Positions 9,220 through 17,284 of a stretch of 64,000 nt of DNA are shown here, piece by piece; position 1 is the first letter of the stretch; each line of letters opens with the position of its first letter. The DNA lies in NCBI GenBank assembly GCA_963705305.1, contig OY970067.1, positions 2,112,001-2,176,000 of the forward strand. The letters run 5' to 3'. Made by a program: the position numbers and the translations under genes. Below the pieces are notes generated by a model. The model was given only the letters and a program-made list of their open reading frames with translations. It was not told where the DNA came from and did not search any database. This DNA is from an uncultured Methylomirabilota bacterium. Its GTDB lineage: Bacteria; Methylomirabilota; Methylomirabilia; Methylomirabilales; 2-02-FULL-66-22.

Positions 9220-9287
9220 AGCGCGTACGTCGCAGCGCCGCGGGAGCGCGGCAACGCCGCAGATGGGGCTTTTTCAGCAGCGTGCTA
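9220..9287 (-). mobile_element. MITE-like repeat, copy D (left-end fragment)
   Basis: Reverse strand reads TAGCACGCTGCTGAAAAAGCCCCATCTGCGGCGTTG. Its TAG is the pyrE stop. Confidence 0.75.
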
Positions 9288-9893
9288 AAAGCGCACCGAG
9301 GCGATGAATGCCATGCACCGGTCGAACTGCTCGCCGGAGATGCGACCGGCGTCGCGCAGGTATGTCAGCACCGCCGAGATTCGGAGCGCGCGATGCAGCG
9401 CGTACCCTTTCTCCTGGAGGCGGTCGGCGCCGCCCTGCTCGCGATCCAGGAAGACGACGAAGTCCCGCACCGTGAGCCCCGCCTCGCGGAGCGGCTCGGC
9501 CGCCTCGAACTTGCTGGCGCCGTCGGTGATCACATCGTCGAGCATGACGACGACCTCGCCGGGCGCGAACTCTCCCTCGATGGCCCGCCGGATGCCGTGC
9601 TCCTTGATCTCCTTCCGCGCGTAGAGCATGGGGAAGTGCCCGGCCAGCGCCACGGCGGTGGCGATGGGCAGGCCGGCGTACGGGATGCCGGCGATCCGGT
9701 CGAAACGGAGGGGGCGCAGGACCTCCAGCAGGCGAAGGGCCAGCGCCTGAAGCACTGAAGGATGAGAGATGACGACGCGGAGGTCCACGTAGAAGGGGGA
9801 AAGGGCGCCGGATTTCAGCCGGAACTCTCCAAAGGTGATGGCCCGGATCCGGAACAGATCCTCCACCAGTTGTCCGTCGGCTTCAGTCAGCAT
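9285..9893 (-). CDS. pyrE: Orotate phosphoribosyltransferase
   Basis: Motifs [22 protein letters not shown] and the PRPP-binding motif [11 protein letters not shown]. Confidence 0.93.
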   Translation of the reverse strand: MLTEADGQLVEDLFRIRAITFGEFRLKSGALSPFYVDLRVVISHPSVLQALALRLLEVLRPLRFDRIAGIPYAGLPIATAVALAGHFPMLYARKEIKEHGIRRAIEGEFAPGEVVVMLDDVITDGASKFEAAEPLREAGLTVRDFVVFLDREQGGADRLQEKGYALHRALRISAVLTYLRDAGRISGEQFDRCMAFIASVRF

Positions 9894-9934
9894 CTCGATC
9901 CTCGCTGGTACGGGGTCGACGGGGCAGACGGCGA

Positions 9935-10663
9935 TCAGGCGTGATCCCGTGCGGCGGCGCACTCCGCGGCGATCTCCCGCGCCGCTGCCGCCGGGTCGGG
10001 CGCGGCCAGGATGGGACGGCCGACGACCACGTAATCCGCCCCGGCCCGGATGGCCTCGCCCGGGGTGAGCACGCGCCGCTGGTCCTGCTGCTCCGACCGG
10101 GCCGGCCGGACGCCGGGCGTCACGATCAGGAAGTCCGGCCCGCACGTCTGCCGCAGGAGCGCAATCTCGTGCGGCGAGGCCACCACGCCGTCGAGCCCGG
10201 CGGCTCGCGCCGCCTCTGCCAGGTGCCGCACCTGCTCGGGCAGGCTCCGCATCGTTCCGAGCGCGGCCTGGAGGCCGGCCTGGTCCAGGCTGGTCAGGAC
10301 CGTCACGGCCAGGAGGAGCGGACGTGAGCCGTCCGCGCGCGGGGTGGAGGCCGCGCCGGCTGCGGCCTGCAGCATGGCCGACCCGCCGCTGGCGTGCACG
10401 TTCAGCATCCACACGCCCATCTCCGAGGCCGAACGGACGGCGCCGGCCACGGTGTTGGGGATGTCGTGGAACTTGAGGTCGAGGAAAACCCGGAGGCCGA
10501 GCTCGTGCATGGCCCGGACGGCCGTCGGACCCTGGGCGGTGAACAGCTGGCTCCCGATTTTGACGGCGGCCACGTGCGGGGCCAACAGGCGGGCCAGATC
10601 GGCCGCCGCGGCCAGCGTGGGGACGTCCAGGGCGGCGATCACTCGGTTGTCGGCAGTGGGCAT
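9935..10663 (-). CDS. pyrF: Orotidine-5'-phosphate decarboxylase
   Basis: Motifs [25 protein letters not shown] and VVGRPI. Confidence 0.96.
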   Translation of the reverse strand: MPTADNRVIAALDVPTLAAAADLARLLAPHVAAVKIGSQLFTAQGPTAVRAMHELGLRVFLDLKFHDIPNTVAGAVRSASEMGVWMLNVHASGGSAMLQAAAGAASTPRADGSRPLLLAVTVLTSLDQAGLQAALGTMRSLPEQVRHLAEAARAAGLDGVVASPHEIALLRQTCGPDFLIVTPGVRPARSEQQDQRRVLTPGEAIRAGADYVVVGRPILAAPDPAAAAREIAAECAAARDHA

Positions 10664-10859
10664 TCACGGCTCCTGTAGATACAGTCACGAATTCGTCGAG
10701 CGTCCGGTCGCGCGGTGCCTTCCCGATATGTTGTGCAGCCGGCCGATGACCCGACGGTCGCATTGCCCGAGCGCCCGGCTTGAAGCGAAGGCTACCACGG
10801 AGGCGGAACGGGCGTCAACGAACGGCAGGGGGTGGCGGTATCCGGTCCCGAACATCTCA

Positions 10860-10931
10860 CCGCCAAGGCGCCAAGGAAACTTCGAATTTCGAAGTTCCAA
10901 GTTGAAAGGGGCGACCTTGGCGCCTTGGCGG
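10860..10931. repeat. 17-bp perfect inverted repeat enclosing a degenerate TTCGAA heptamer run
   Basis: CCGCCAAGGCGCCAAGG (10860-10876) / CCTTGGCGCCTTGGCGG (10915-10931). Confidence 0.85.
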
Positions 10932-11016
10932 CTCAATAAATTCAGTTTGAACTTGACAAACCAATGATTCGATAATTAGCCTAAATTTGCAAATAACATA
11001 AAGGAGGGTCACGGCC

Positions 11017-11586
11017 GTGTCCGACGAAAGACCTCTGAGTACCGGTGAAGTGGCATGGCTCCTCCACGTGACGCCGGTCGCCGTCCTGGGCTGGATCCGA
11101 GCCGGCAAGCTCAAAGCCTACCGCGTGCCCGGCGGGCGGCACCGGATTCCCCGGGCGGAATTCCGGAAATTCCTCTCCGATAACCACATTCCCCTCACGC
11201 TGGACGGACCGCTCCCCAAGCGCGTTCTGGTCGTGGACGACGAGCCCTCGGTGCGGGAGGCCTTTGAGGCCGTTTTGCAGGGCAAGGGGTACGAGGTGAT
11301 ATTGGCGGCAGACGGGCGCGAGGCCCTCAAGATTCTCGGAGCGGGCCACTTCGATCTGATCTTCCTCGACATGCTCCTCCCCAACCTCAGCGGCGGCTCG
11401 CTCATCCGGGCCATCAAACGCCGGGATCCCGAGGCCCTGGTGGTGATCATCACCGGCTTCCCGCATCACGAAGAGACGCTGGCCGCACTGGCGCACGGAC
11501 CGGCCATGCTGCTGGCAAAGCCGGTCAAGGTCTCGAACATTGAGGCGGTCCTCAAGATCGCGTTCAGGGAGCCGCGCGCCGACTGA
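11017..11586 (+). CDS. Response regulator with N-terminal excisionase-type HTH and C-terminal receiver domain
   Basis: LSTGEVA...WIRAGKLKAYRVPGGRHRI is the HTH. The receiver shows VLVVDDE, FLDMLLP, IITG and KP. Confidence 0.88.
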   Translation: MSDERPLSTGEVAWLLHVTPVAVLGWIRAGKLKAYRVPGGRHRIPRAEFRKFLSDNHIPLTLDGPLPKRVLVVDDEPSVREAFEAVLQGKGYEVILAADGREALKILGAGHFDLIFLDMLLPNLSGGSLIRAIKRRDPEALVVIITGFPHHEETLAALAHGPAMLLAKPVKVSNIEAVLKIAFREPRAD

Positions 11587-11722
11587 GCCCCGGCGCGGAA
11601 CAGATCCGGCCGGCCGGCAGCGATCACCCGTTCCCAAGGCGGGCGGTCGCCGGAGTCGAATCTTTGACGGACCCTTCGCGGCGCGTCGCACCATACGGCT
11701 GCCTGAAGGGGGGACAGCCGAC

Positions 11723-12391
11723 ATGCCTCTGATCGGGACCCTGCGCGACGTGAGCCTTCCCAGCCTGGTGCAGCTGCAGTGCATTGAGCGCCAGCGCGCC
11801 CAGATCTCTCTGGTCTGGGGGACCTGCGAGGGCCGGCTGGTCTTTGCGGACGGGGAGTTGATCTTCGCCAGTGTCGAGAACCTGAGGGGGGAGGAGGCGG
11901 TCCACGAGCTGCTCACGTGGGAGGATGCGGAGTTCCGCGTCGACTACGAGCCGACGAGCACGGAGCGGAATGTCAATACGCCGTGGGTGGCCCTCATTCT
12001 TGACGGGGTCCGCCGTCTGGACGAAGCGCGGGCCGAGCGCGACGAGCGGCTGGAGTCCCGGCTGCGGAGCCTGCGGGGCACCCACGGCCTGCGGGGAGGC
12101 GTGCTGGTCAGCGGCGCCGGGCGCGTGCGGGCGTCGGCTGCGGAGGGGCAGGCAACGGCCGAGGCGGCTCTGGTCGCCTTCGTGGCGGGCCGGCTGGAGG
12201 GCATCGGAGCGGCGCTGGCCTGCGGGCCGCTCGCGGAGGCTCTGCTCTCCGGGCCGGCGGAGAAGCTATGGATCACGAAAAAGGACGGCTCCTATCTGGG
12301 CTGCTGGCTGGACACACGGGCCTCGCTCCCTTCCGTGACGGGGCTCCTCCAGCCGTATCTTTCGCCTGATCGGGGGGCCGAAACGGTATGA
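11723..12391 (+). CDS. DUF4388 (PATAN-like) domain plus C-terminal Roadblock/LC7-like domain
   Basis: LIGTLRDVSLPSLVQL...GRLVFADGELIFA...GEEAVHELLTWEDAEF. C-terminal GLRGGVLVSGAGRV... matches the roadblock pattern. Confidence 0.75.
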   Translation: MPLIGTLRDVSLPSLVQLQCIERQRAQISLVWGTCEGRLVFADGELIFASVENLRGEEAVHELLTWEDAEFRVDYEPTSTERNVNTPWVALILDGVRRLDEARAERDERLESRLRSLRGTHGLRGGVLVSGAGRVRASAAEGQATAEAALVAFVAGRLEGIGAALACGPLAEALLSGPAEKLWITKKDGSYLGCWLDTRASLPSVTGLLQPYLSPDRGAETV

Positions 12392-12434
12392 ACAATTGGC
12401 GCTGGCGCTGTCCGTCATTGTCGAGGAGGCCGCG

Positions 12435-13448
12435 ATGATTTTCCCTAAAGGCGAAGTGATGTACGAGCACCTGAACACGACGTTTACCCAGATCGACGCC
12501 ATGCTCGGCGAGCTGAAGGCCACCCGGTTTACGGGCTACATCCAGCTGACGGCGCGGGATTACCTCGGCATTCTGCTCATCGGCGAGGGGGAGATCGCCG
12601 GCGCCATTGAGGAGACCGGCGGCCGGCGGACGAACGACGGCTCCTCCATCGAAGGCGTGCTGGCCAAGGCGCGCGAGCGGGACGGGCTACTGAGCGTCTT
12701 TCGGCTACCTGGGGAACTGGTCCGCCTGATGGGAAATTTCCTCCACGGCGAGCCCCTCTACAAGAATTTGACGAGCGACCTCACGAGCCTGGATCGACTC
12801 ATCGCGGGCCTGCAGGGTCGAGGCCACAGCGGTCACGTCGAGGTGCAGCTCTCGAAGAGCGGCGATAGCGGGACCGTTTTCCTGTGGGAGGGAAAGGTCC
12901 TGGAGAGCGTCTTCGACTGCCAGGGCGAGACCGCCGCCGGTGCAGGGGTGCTGGAAGAGCTCGTGCGCGCTGCGGCGGCCGAGGGGGCAGCGTTCAACGT
13001 GTACGGCTTGCCACCCGCGCCCCCTCAGGCGGCGGCGAAGGCCCCCGAGGGTGCGGGACTGCAGGAACAGCTGGGTTTGTGGCAGGAGGTGCTCAAGACC
13101 GTCGAGAGCGCGGTGGACGGCGCGACGAAGGCGGGCGCCTTCCAGGCGGCGTTCAGGCGCGCCTGCGTCGAGCTGGCGGAGACATTCCCATTCCTCGATC
13201 CGTTCGCCGCAGAGTTCGAGTATCACGAGGGGCGGGTCCGATACGACGGGCAGGCTGCCGCGGCCGTGGTCAATCAGGGGCTCTGCCGGGCGCTGGGGCG
13301 GAGCCTGCGGATGCTGGCCGGCCAGCCGGGCGGTCGCGACCTGGCGGGACGAATTACCTCGGCCGCCAATAGTCTGAAAAAGCGGTACGGCGGGCGGCTG
13401 GCGGAGATCGGGGCGGCGGACGCACTGGCCGACGCATTCGGGGCCTGA
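12435..13448 (+). CDS. Hypothetical protein with two tandem PATAN/DUF4388-like repeats
   Basis: Internal repeat YEHLNTTFTQIDAMLGELKATRFTGYIQL...GILLIGEG vs YKNLTSDLTSLDRLIAGLQGRGHSGHVEV...GTVFLWEG. RBS GAGGAGG. Confidence 0.7.
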   Translation: MIFPKGEVMYEHLNTTFTQIDAMLGELKATRFTGYIQLTARDYLGILLIGEGEIAGAIEETGGRRTNDGSSIEGVLAKARERDGLLSVFRLPGELVRLMGNFLHGEPLYKNLTSDLTSLDRLIAGLQGRGHSGHVEVQLSKSGDSGTVFLWEGKVLESVFDCQGETAAGAGVLEELVRAAAAEGAAFNVYGLPPAPPQAAAKAPEGAGLQEQLGLWQEVLKTVESAVDGATKAGAFQAAFRRACVELAETFPFLDPFAAEFEYHEGRVRYDGQAAAAVVNQGLCRALGRSLRMLAGQPGGRDLAGRITSAANSLKKRYGGRLAEIGAADALADAFGA

Positions 13449-13463
13449 GGCGGCGGGGACGGA

Positions 13464-13979
13464 ATGGCGAATATCGTCACACAAGAGGCCTCCTCGGCCT
13501 GGAGCGGAGGGCGGCTGCTCCGCCTCAAAGAGCGGTGCCAGGGAGTGCTCGAACAGCTCGCACAGGTCCCCGGTGTGGACGGGGCCTGCCTCTGCGACAA
13601 TCATGGGGCCGTGGTCGGCATGCTGCTGCCTGCCGGATGGAACCGGCGACTGTTCGAACGGATCGGACTCGCCCTCTGCCAGTGCTGGGCCGCCATGCAT
13701 GCGCGGTGGCCGCTCAAGGGCTGCGAGGTCCGGTTCGAGGGCAAGGTGGTGGTGGCGCGCGATCTGGGCAACGCCCTCGCCGTGGCGGTGTGCGGCCCCG
13801 ACGCGAACCTGCCCATCCTGCGGATGGCGCTGAATGTCGCCGCCAATCCCTTCGAGACGGACGCCGAGCTCCAGCGCGACCTGGCGGGCGCGGCGCCCTT
13901 GCGAGCGAAGACGCTGAGCCGGGAGCTGGATGGTCCGGCCCGTACGCTGTTGGAGAAAGGGGGACTCAAAGCCGTCTGA
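13464..13979 (+). CDS. Roadblock/LC7 (MglB-like) domain protein
   Basis: LEQLAQVPGVDGACLCDNHGAVV...EVRFEGKVVVARDLGNALAVAVC...NLPILRMALNVAA. Confidence 0.7.
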   Translation: MANIVTQEASSAWSGGRLLRLKERCQGVLEQLAQVPGVDGACLCDNHGAVVGMLLPAGWNRRLFERIGLALCQCWAAMHARWPLKGCEVRFEGKVVVARDLGNALAVAVCGPDANLPILRMALNVAANPFETDAELQRDLAGAAPLRAKTLSRELDGPARTLLEKGGLKAV

Positions 13980-14069
13980 GGTCTCGAGACGTGGACAGGC
14001 GGGTTCGGTCCGCAGCCCCGGACGCACTCATGAAGGATACGGCGGGGCGAACGGAAGGAGGTGACGCTC

Positions 14070-14543
14070 ATGGTGGCGGCAGGCAACCTTTCCCGCGTGA
14101 TCTTCAAGCTGGCCAACAAGGAGCTGTCAGGTGAGGTCACGCTGACACCCGCGACCTGGCGCGTGCTGGTGCAGTTTGACGGCGTCCGCACCGTGGCCGA
14201 GATCGCCCGGGCCCTGGGGATGGAGGAGTCGGCGGTGGCGCAGGTGGCCGACAAGCTCTCCCGGTCCGGCATCCTTCAGGTGGCCACGGGCGGCGGCGGA
14301 CCAGCGCGCCCCACGATCAACGGGGCGTTCTTCGACCAGCTCCTGGCTGAGTTCGCCCGGGTCATCGGCCCGCTGGCCGAATTCACCCTGGAGGACGAGA
14401 TCGGCTCGATGGGCGAAAGCCGGGAGGGCTTCCCGCGGGATCGGATCCCGGAGCTGGTCGAGCGTCTCAGCCAGGCGGTTCCGGATGAGGCCCGCCGGGT
14501 GAAGTTCCAGCAGATCATGTTGGGGGCGATCCGAAAGATATAA
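14070..14543 (+). CDS. Winged-helix protein with a helical C-terminal domain
   Basis: WRVLVQFDGVRTVAEIARALG (wHTH); C-terminal ARVIGPLAEFTLED...FPRDRIPELVERL. RBS AGGAGGT. Confidence 0.7.
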   Translation: MVAAGNLSRVIFKLANKELSGEVTLTPATWRVLVQFDGVRTVAEIARALGMEESAVAQVADKLSRSGILQVATGGGGPARPTINGAFFDQLLAEFARVIGPLAEFTLEDEIGSMGESREGFPRDRIPELVERLSQAVPDEARRVKFQQIMLGAIRKI

Positions 14544-14603
14544 CCCCCCGGAGGTCAATGCCGGAGCACTCGCCCGGCATGCGATCATCGAAAGGAGAGC
14601 GCT

Positions 14604-15881
14604 GTGGCAACGACAACCGCATCGGCAATCGAGGCGCCTGCCGTCCAGGAACGGGGGGGTCACTGGTCGCTCGGCCAGTGGCGTCTGCGGTCCAAAATGA
14701 TTCTGATCCTCCTGCTGGTCTCCCAGATTCCGCTCATTGCGGTCGCCGCGTTCACGATCTACATGGCGCGCGGGGCCCTGCTCCATCAGGCCAGCATCAA
14801 CATGCTGGGGGTCGGGTCCGAGGTGGCGCGGGAGCTCGATCACCAGCTGCTGGGGTGGCAGGAGGACATCGTCACCGTGAGCCAGCTCCCCGAAGTGGTG
14901 GCGTACGCCATGAGCCCATCCGACGCATGGGGGCAAATCGCCCTGGCCTCCCTCAAGGCGGAGGCGTCGCGGAAGAACTACGGCTCCATCGCGGTGGTCA
15001 ATCGCGAGGGGAAGATCATCCTGTCCTCCGCCCCCGGAGACGTGGGGACGGATGTCTCGTTCCGCCCGTATGTGATCGAGGCCCTCAAGGGCAAGGCCTA
15101 CATCTCGGATCCGTCGGTCTCCGTGATCACCAACAAGCCCTCCATCTTCACCAGCGCCCCGGTGCGTGACAGCAACAATCAGGTGATCGCGGTGGTCCGC
15201 AGCCGGCTCGACCTGTACGGGCTCTGGGATCTCGTCGAGCAGGCGGCCCAGCAGTCGGTTCCCGGGACCGTGGCCATGCTGCTGGACGACCACGGGATCC
15301 GCATCGCCCACAGCGCCAGCAAGGGGAACCGGGAAGGGGTGGTGAAGACCCTGCTGTATCGTGCGGTGGCTCCGCTCGACCCGGAGACGACGAAGCAGAT
15401 CGTGGCCGAGAAGCGCTTCGGCACGGCCACCACCGAGCGGGTGAATGTCCTGCCGCTCCCCCAGGTGGCGGCCGCCATCAAGGCCCGCGCGGCGACGACC
15501 TTCGAGGCCGCGGCCGACAACAGCACCGTATCCCACCAGTCCGCGTCGGTGCCGCTGCAGGCCATGCCCTGGCACCTGGTGCTGCAGGCGCCGGATCCGT
15601 CCTTCACCAGCGCCGCCGTCCGAATGACCCAGGTCACGGCGGCCGCCGCCGGCCTCTTCGCCCTGCTGATCGTCCTGGTGGCGATCCTGATCGCCCGGGG
15701 AGTCACCCGCCCCGTCATGCAGCTGACCGAGGTGGCGGACCGCATCAGCCTGGGCGAGCTGAGCGCCAAGATCGAGATCGAGCGCAAGGACGAGATCGGC
15801 GATCTGGCCGAGGCGCTGCGGCGGATGCAGACCAGCCTGCAGGCCGCCATCGAGCGCCTGCGGACCCGGCGCACGACCTGA
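14604..15881 (+). CDS. Membrane sensor, TM-Cache-TM-HAMP, with no cytoplasmic output domain
   Basis: Two TM segments; dCache-like DVSFRPYVIEALKG...ISDP...APV; HAMP TRPVMQLTEVADRISLGEL...DEIGDLAEALRRM; stop follows shortly after. Confidence 0.8.
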   Translation: MATTTASAIEAPAVQERGGHWSLGQWRLRSKMILILLLVSQIPLIAVAAFTIYMARGALLHQASINMLGVGSEVARELDHQLLGWQEDIVTVSQLPEVVAYAMSPSDAWGQIALASLKAEASRKNYGSIAVVNREGKIILSSAPGDVGTDVSFRPYVIEALKGKAYISDPSVSVITNKPSIFTSAPVRDSNNQVIAVVRSRLDLYGLWDLVEQAAQQSVPGTVAMLLDDHGIRIAHSASKGNREGVVKTLLYRAVAPLDPETTKQIVAEKRFGTATTERVNVLPLPQVAAAIKARAATTFEAAADNSTVSHQSASVPLQAMPWHLVLQAPDPSFTSAAVRMTQVTAAAAGLFALLIVLVAILIARGVTRPVMQLTEVADRISLGELSAKIEIERKDEIGDLAEALRRMQTSLQAAIERLRTRRTT

Positions 15882-16078
15882 CCTCGACGGGGGTGCCCGC
15901 GGCCTGAAGGCGGGACCCCGCGCTCGACAATATGGACTGCCGACGGCAGTCGCCTGCGGCCCTCCGGATTCCTTCATCGGGGGGCCGCGGTCTTTTCGGC
16001 GGAGGCGGCCGGGGCTGCCGGCGCCTCCCTGCGCTGCCGTCGTTGACACGGCCCCTCTCCTCGGCTTACAGTTCGCGT

Positions 16079-17254
16079 ATGCGCCACCCATGGAAAGCCG
16101 CCCTGGGCCTCCTGATCGGCGTGAGCCTGGCGGGCGGGCCGGTGTGCGCCCAAGACCCCGCTCCCGCTATCCGGGCAACCATGGGGGTGGCCGGCGATCT
16201 GCTGCTCAACCTGGATGCGGACCGGGCCGAGGTCGAGTGCTCGCGCCTACTGGCCCTGCCCGAAGGAGAGGCCGCCGGCCGGTTCTGCCTGGGCGTGACG
16301 GCGCTGACCCGGGCCGGGGAAATGGACGATCCGGATCCGGACCTGGATCGCTTTCTGGATCAGGTAGCCCGGGCCATTGCCGCCGGCCAACGCCTGGAGC
16401 AGACGCGGCCCGCCGATCCCGAGGTGAAGCTGCTGCTGGGGCTAAGTCACGGAAGCCAGGCACTGGTGCAGAGCGGCCGGGGGCACTACGTCGCCGCCTG
16501 GCAGGCCCTGCGGGACGGTCTGCGCTGCTTCCAAGAGGCGCTGGCGCTGGATCCGTCCCTGACGGATGCCTACTACGGAATCGGCCTCTACGATTATGCC
16601 TTGGGACGCCTGCCCGGCCTCCTGCGGCCGGCCGTGGGCCTGGTGCTGGCGCGCGGGGATGCGACCCAGGGGTTGCAAGAGCTGGAGCGGGTGGCCGAGG
16701 GCGGAGCCTATCTCAAGATGACGGCCCGACTGGCCCTCCTGGAGCTGTACGCAGGACAGGAACACAGGTACACCGAGGCCCTACGGCTGGGTCGCGATCT
16801 CCTGGGGCGCTACCCAGGCAATCCGGATGTGTACTTCGCCACGGCCTCTGCCGCCTCGGAGCTGGGGCGGTTTCCCGAGGCCCTGGCGATCGCCCGCCGT
16901 GCGGGGGAGAACATCGCGGCCGGCGCGCCGCATTTCCCGCCGGCGCTCCGGTCCCGCTACGAGCAGCTCCTGGGGAAGATCTACATGGACCAGGGGGAGT
17001 ACGCCGCCGCCCTGCGGTTCTTCCAGCAGGCGGTTGAAACCCCCACGCCGCCGCGCTACCGCTGGGTGACCGCCTGGGCATGGACCCGGTCGGGAATGAT
17101 CTTCGACCTGGAGGGAGACCGGGCGGAGGCCGAGCGGCGATACCGCGAGGCCCTGGCGATTCCCACCGACGCCCCGGCCAAGGACGTGGCCCGGCAGTAT
17201 CTGGAGAACCCCTATCGAGGGCGGCCGGGCTCCGCCCGGCTTCCGACTCGGTAA
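16079..17254 (+). CDS. Exported tetratricopeptide-repeat protein
   Basis: N-terminal signal peptide; TPR-like ALALDPSLTDAYYGIGLY and LLGKIYMDQGEYAAALRFFQQA. Confidence 0.75.
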   Translation: MRHPWKAALGLLIGVSLAGGPVCAQDPAPAIRATMGVAGDLLLNLDADRAEVECSRLLALPEGEAAGRFCLGVTALTRAGEMDDPDPDLDRFLDQVARAIAAGQRLEQTRPADPEVKLLLGLSHGSQALVQSGRGHYVAAWQALRDGLRCFQEALALDPSLTDAYYGIGLYDYALGRLPGLLRPAVGLVLARGDATQGLQELERVAEGGAYLKMTARLALLELYAGQEHRYTEALRLGRDLLGRYPGNPDVYFATASAASELGRFPEALAIARRAGENIAAGAPHFPPALRSRYEQLLGKIYMDQGEYAAALRFFQQAVETPTPPRYRWVTAWAWTRSGMIFDLEGDRAEAERRYREALAIPTDAPAKDVARQYLENPYRGRPGSARLPTR

Positions 17255-17284
17255 CCGCTCACGCCACGAAAGGATCGTCCACCC

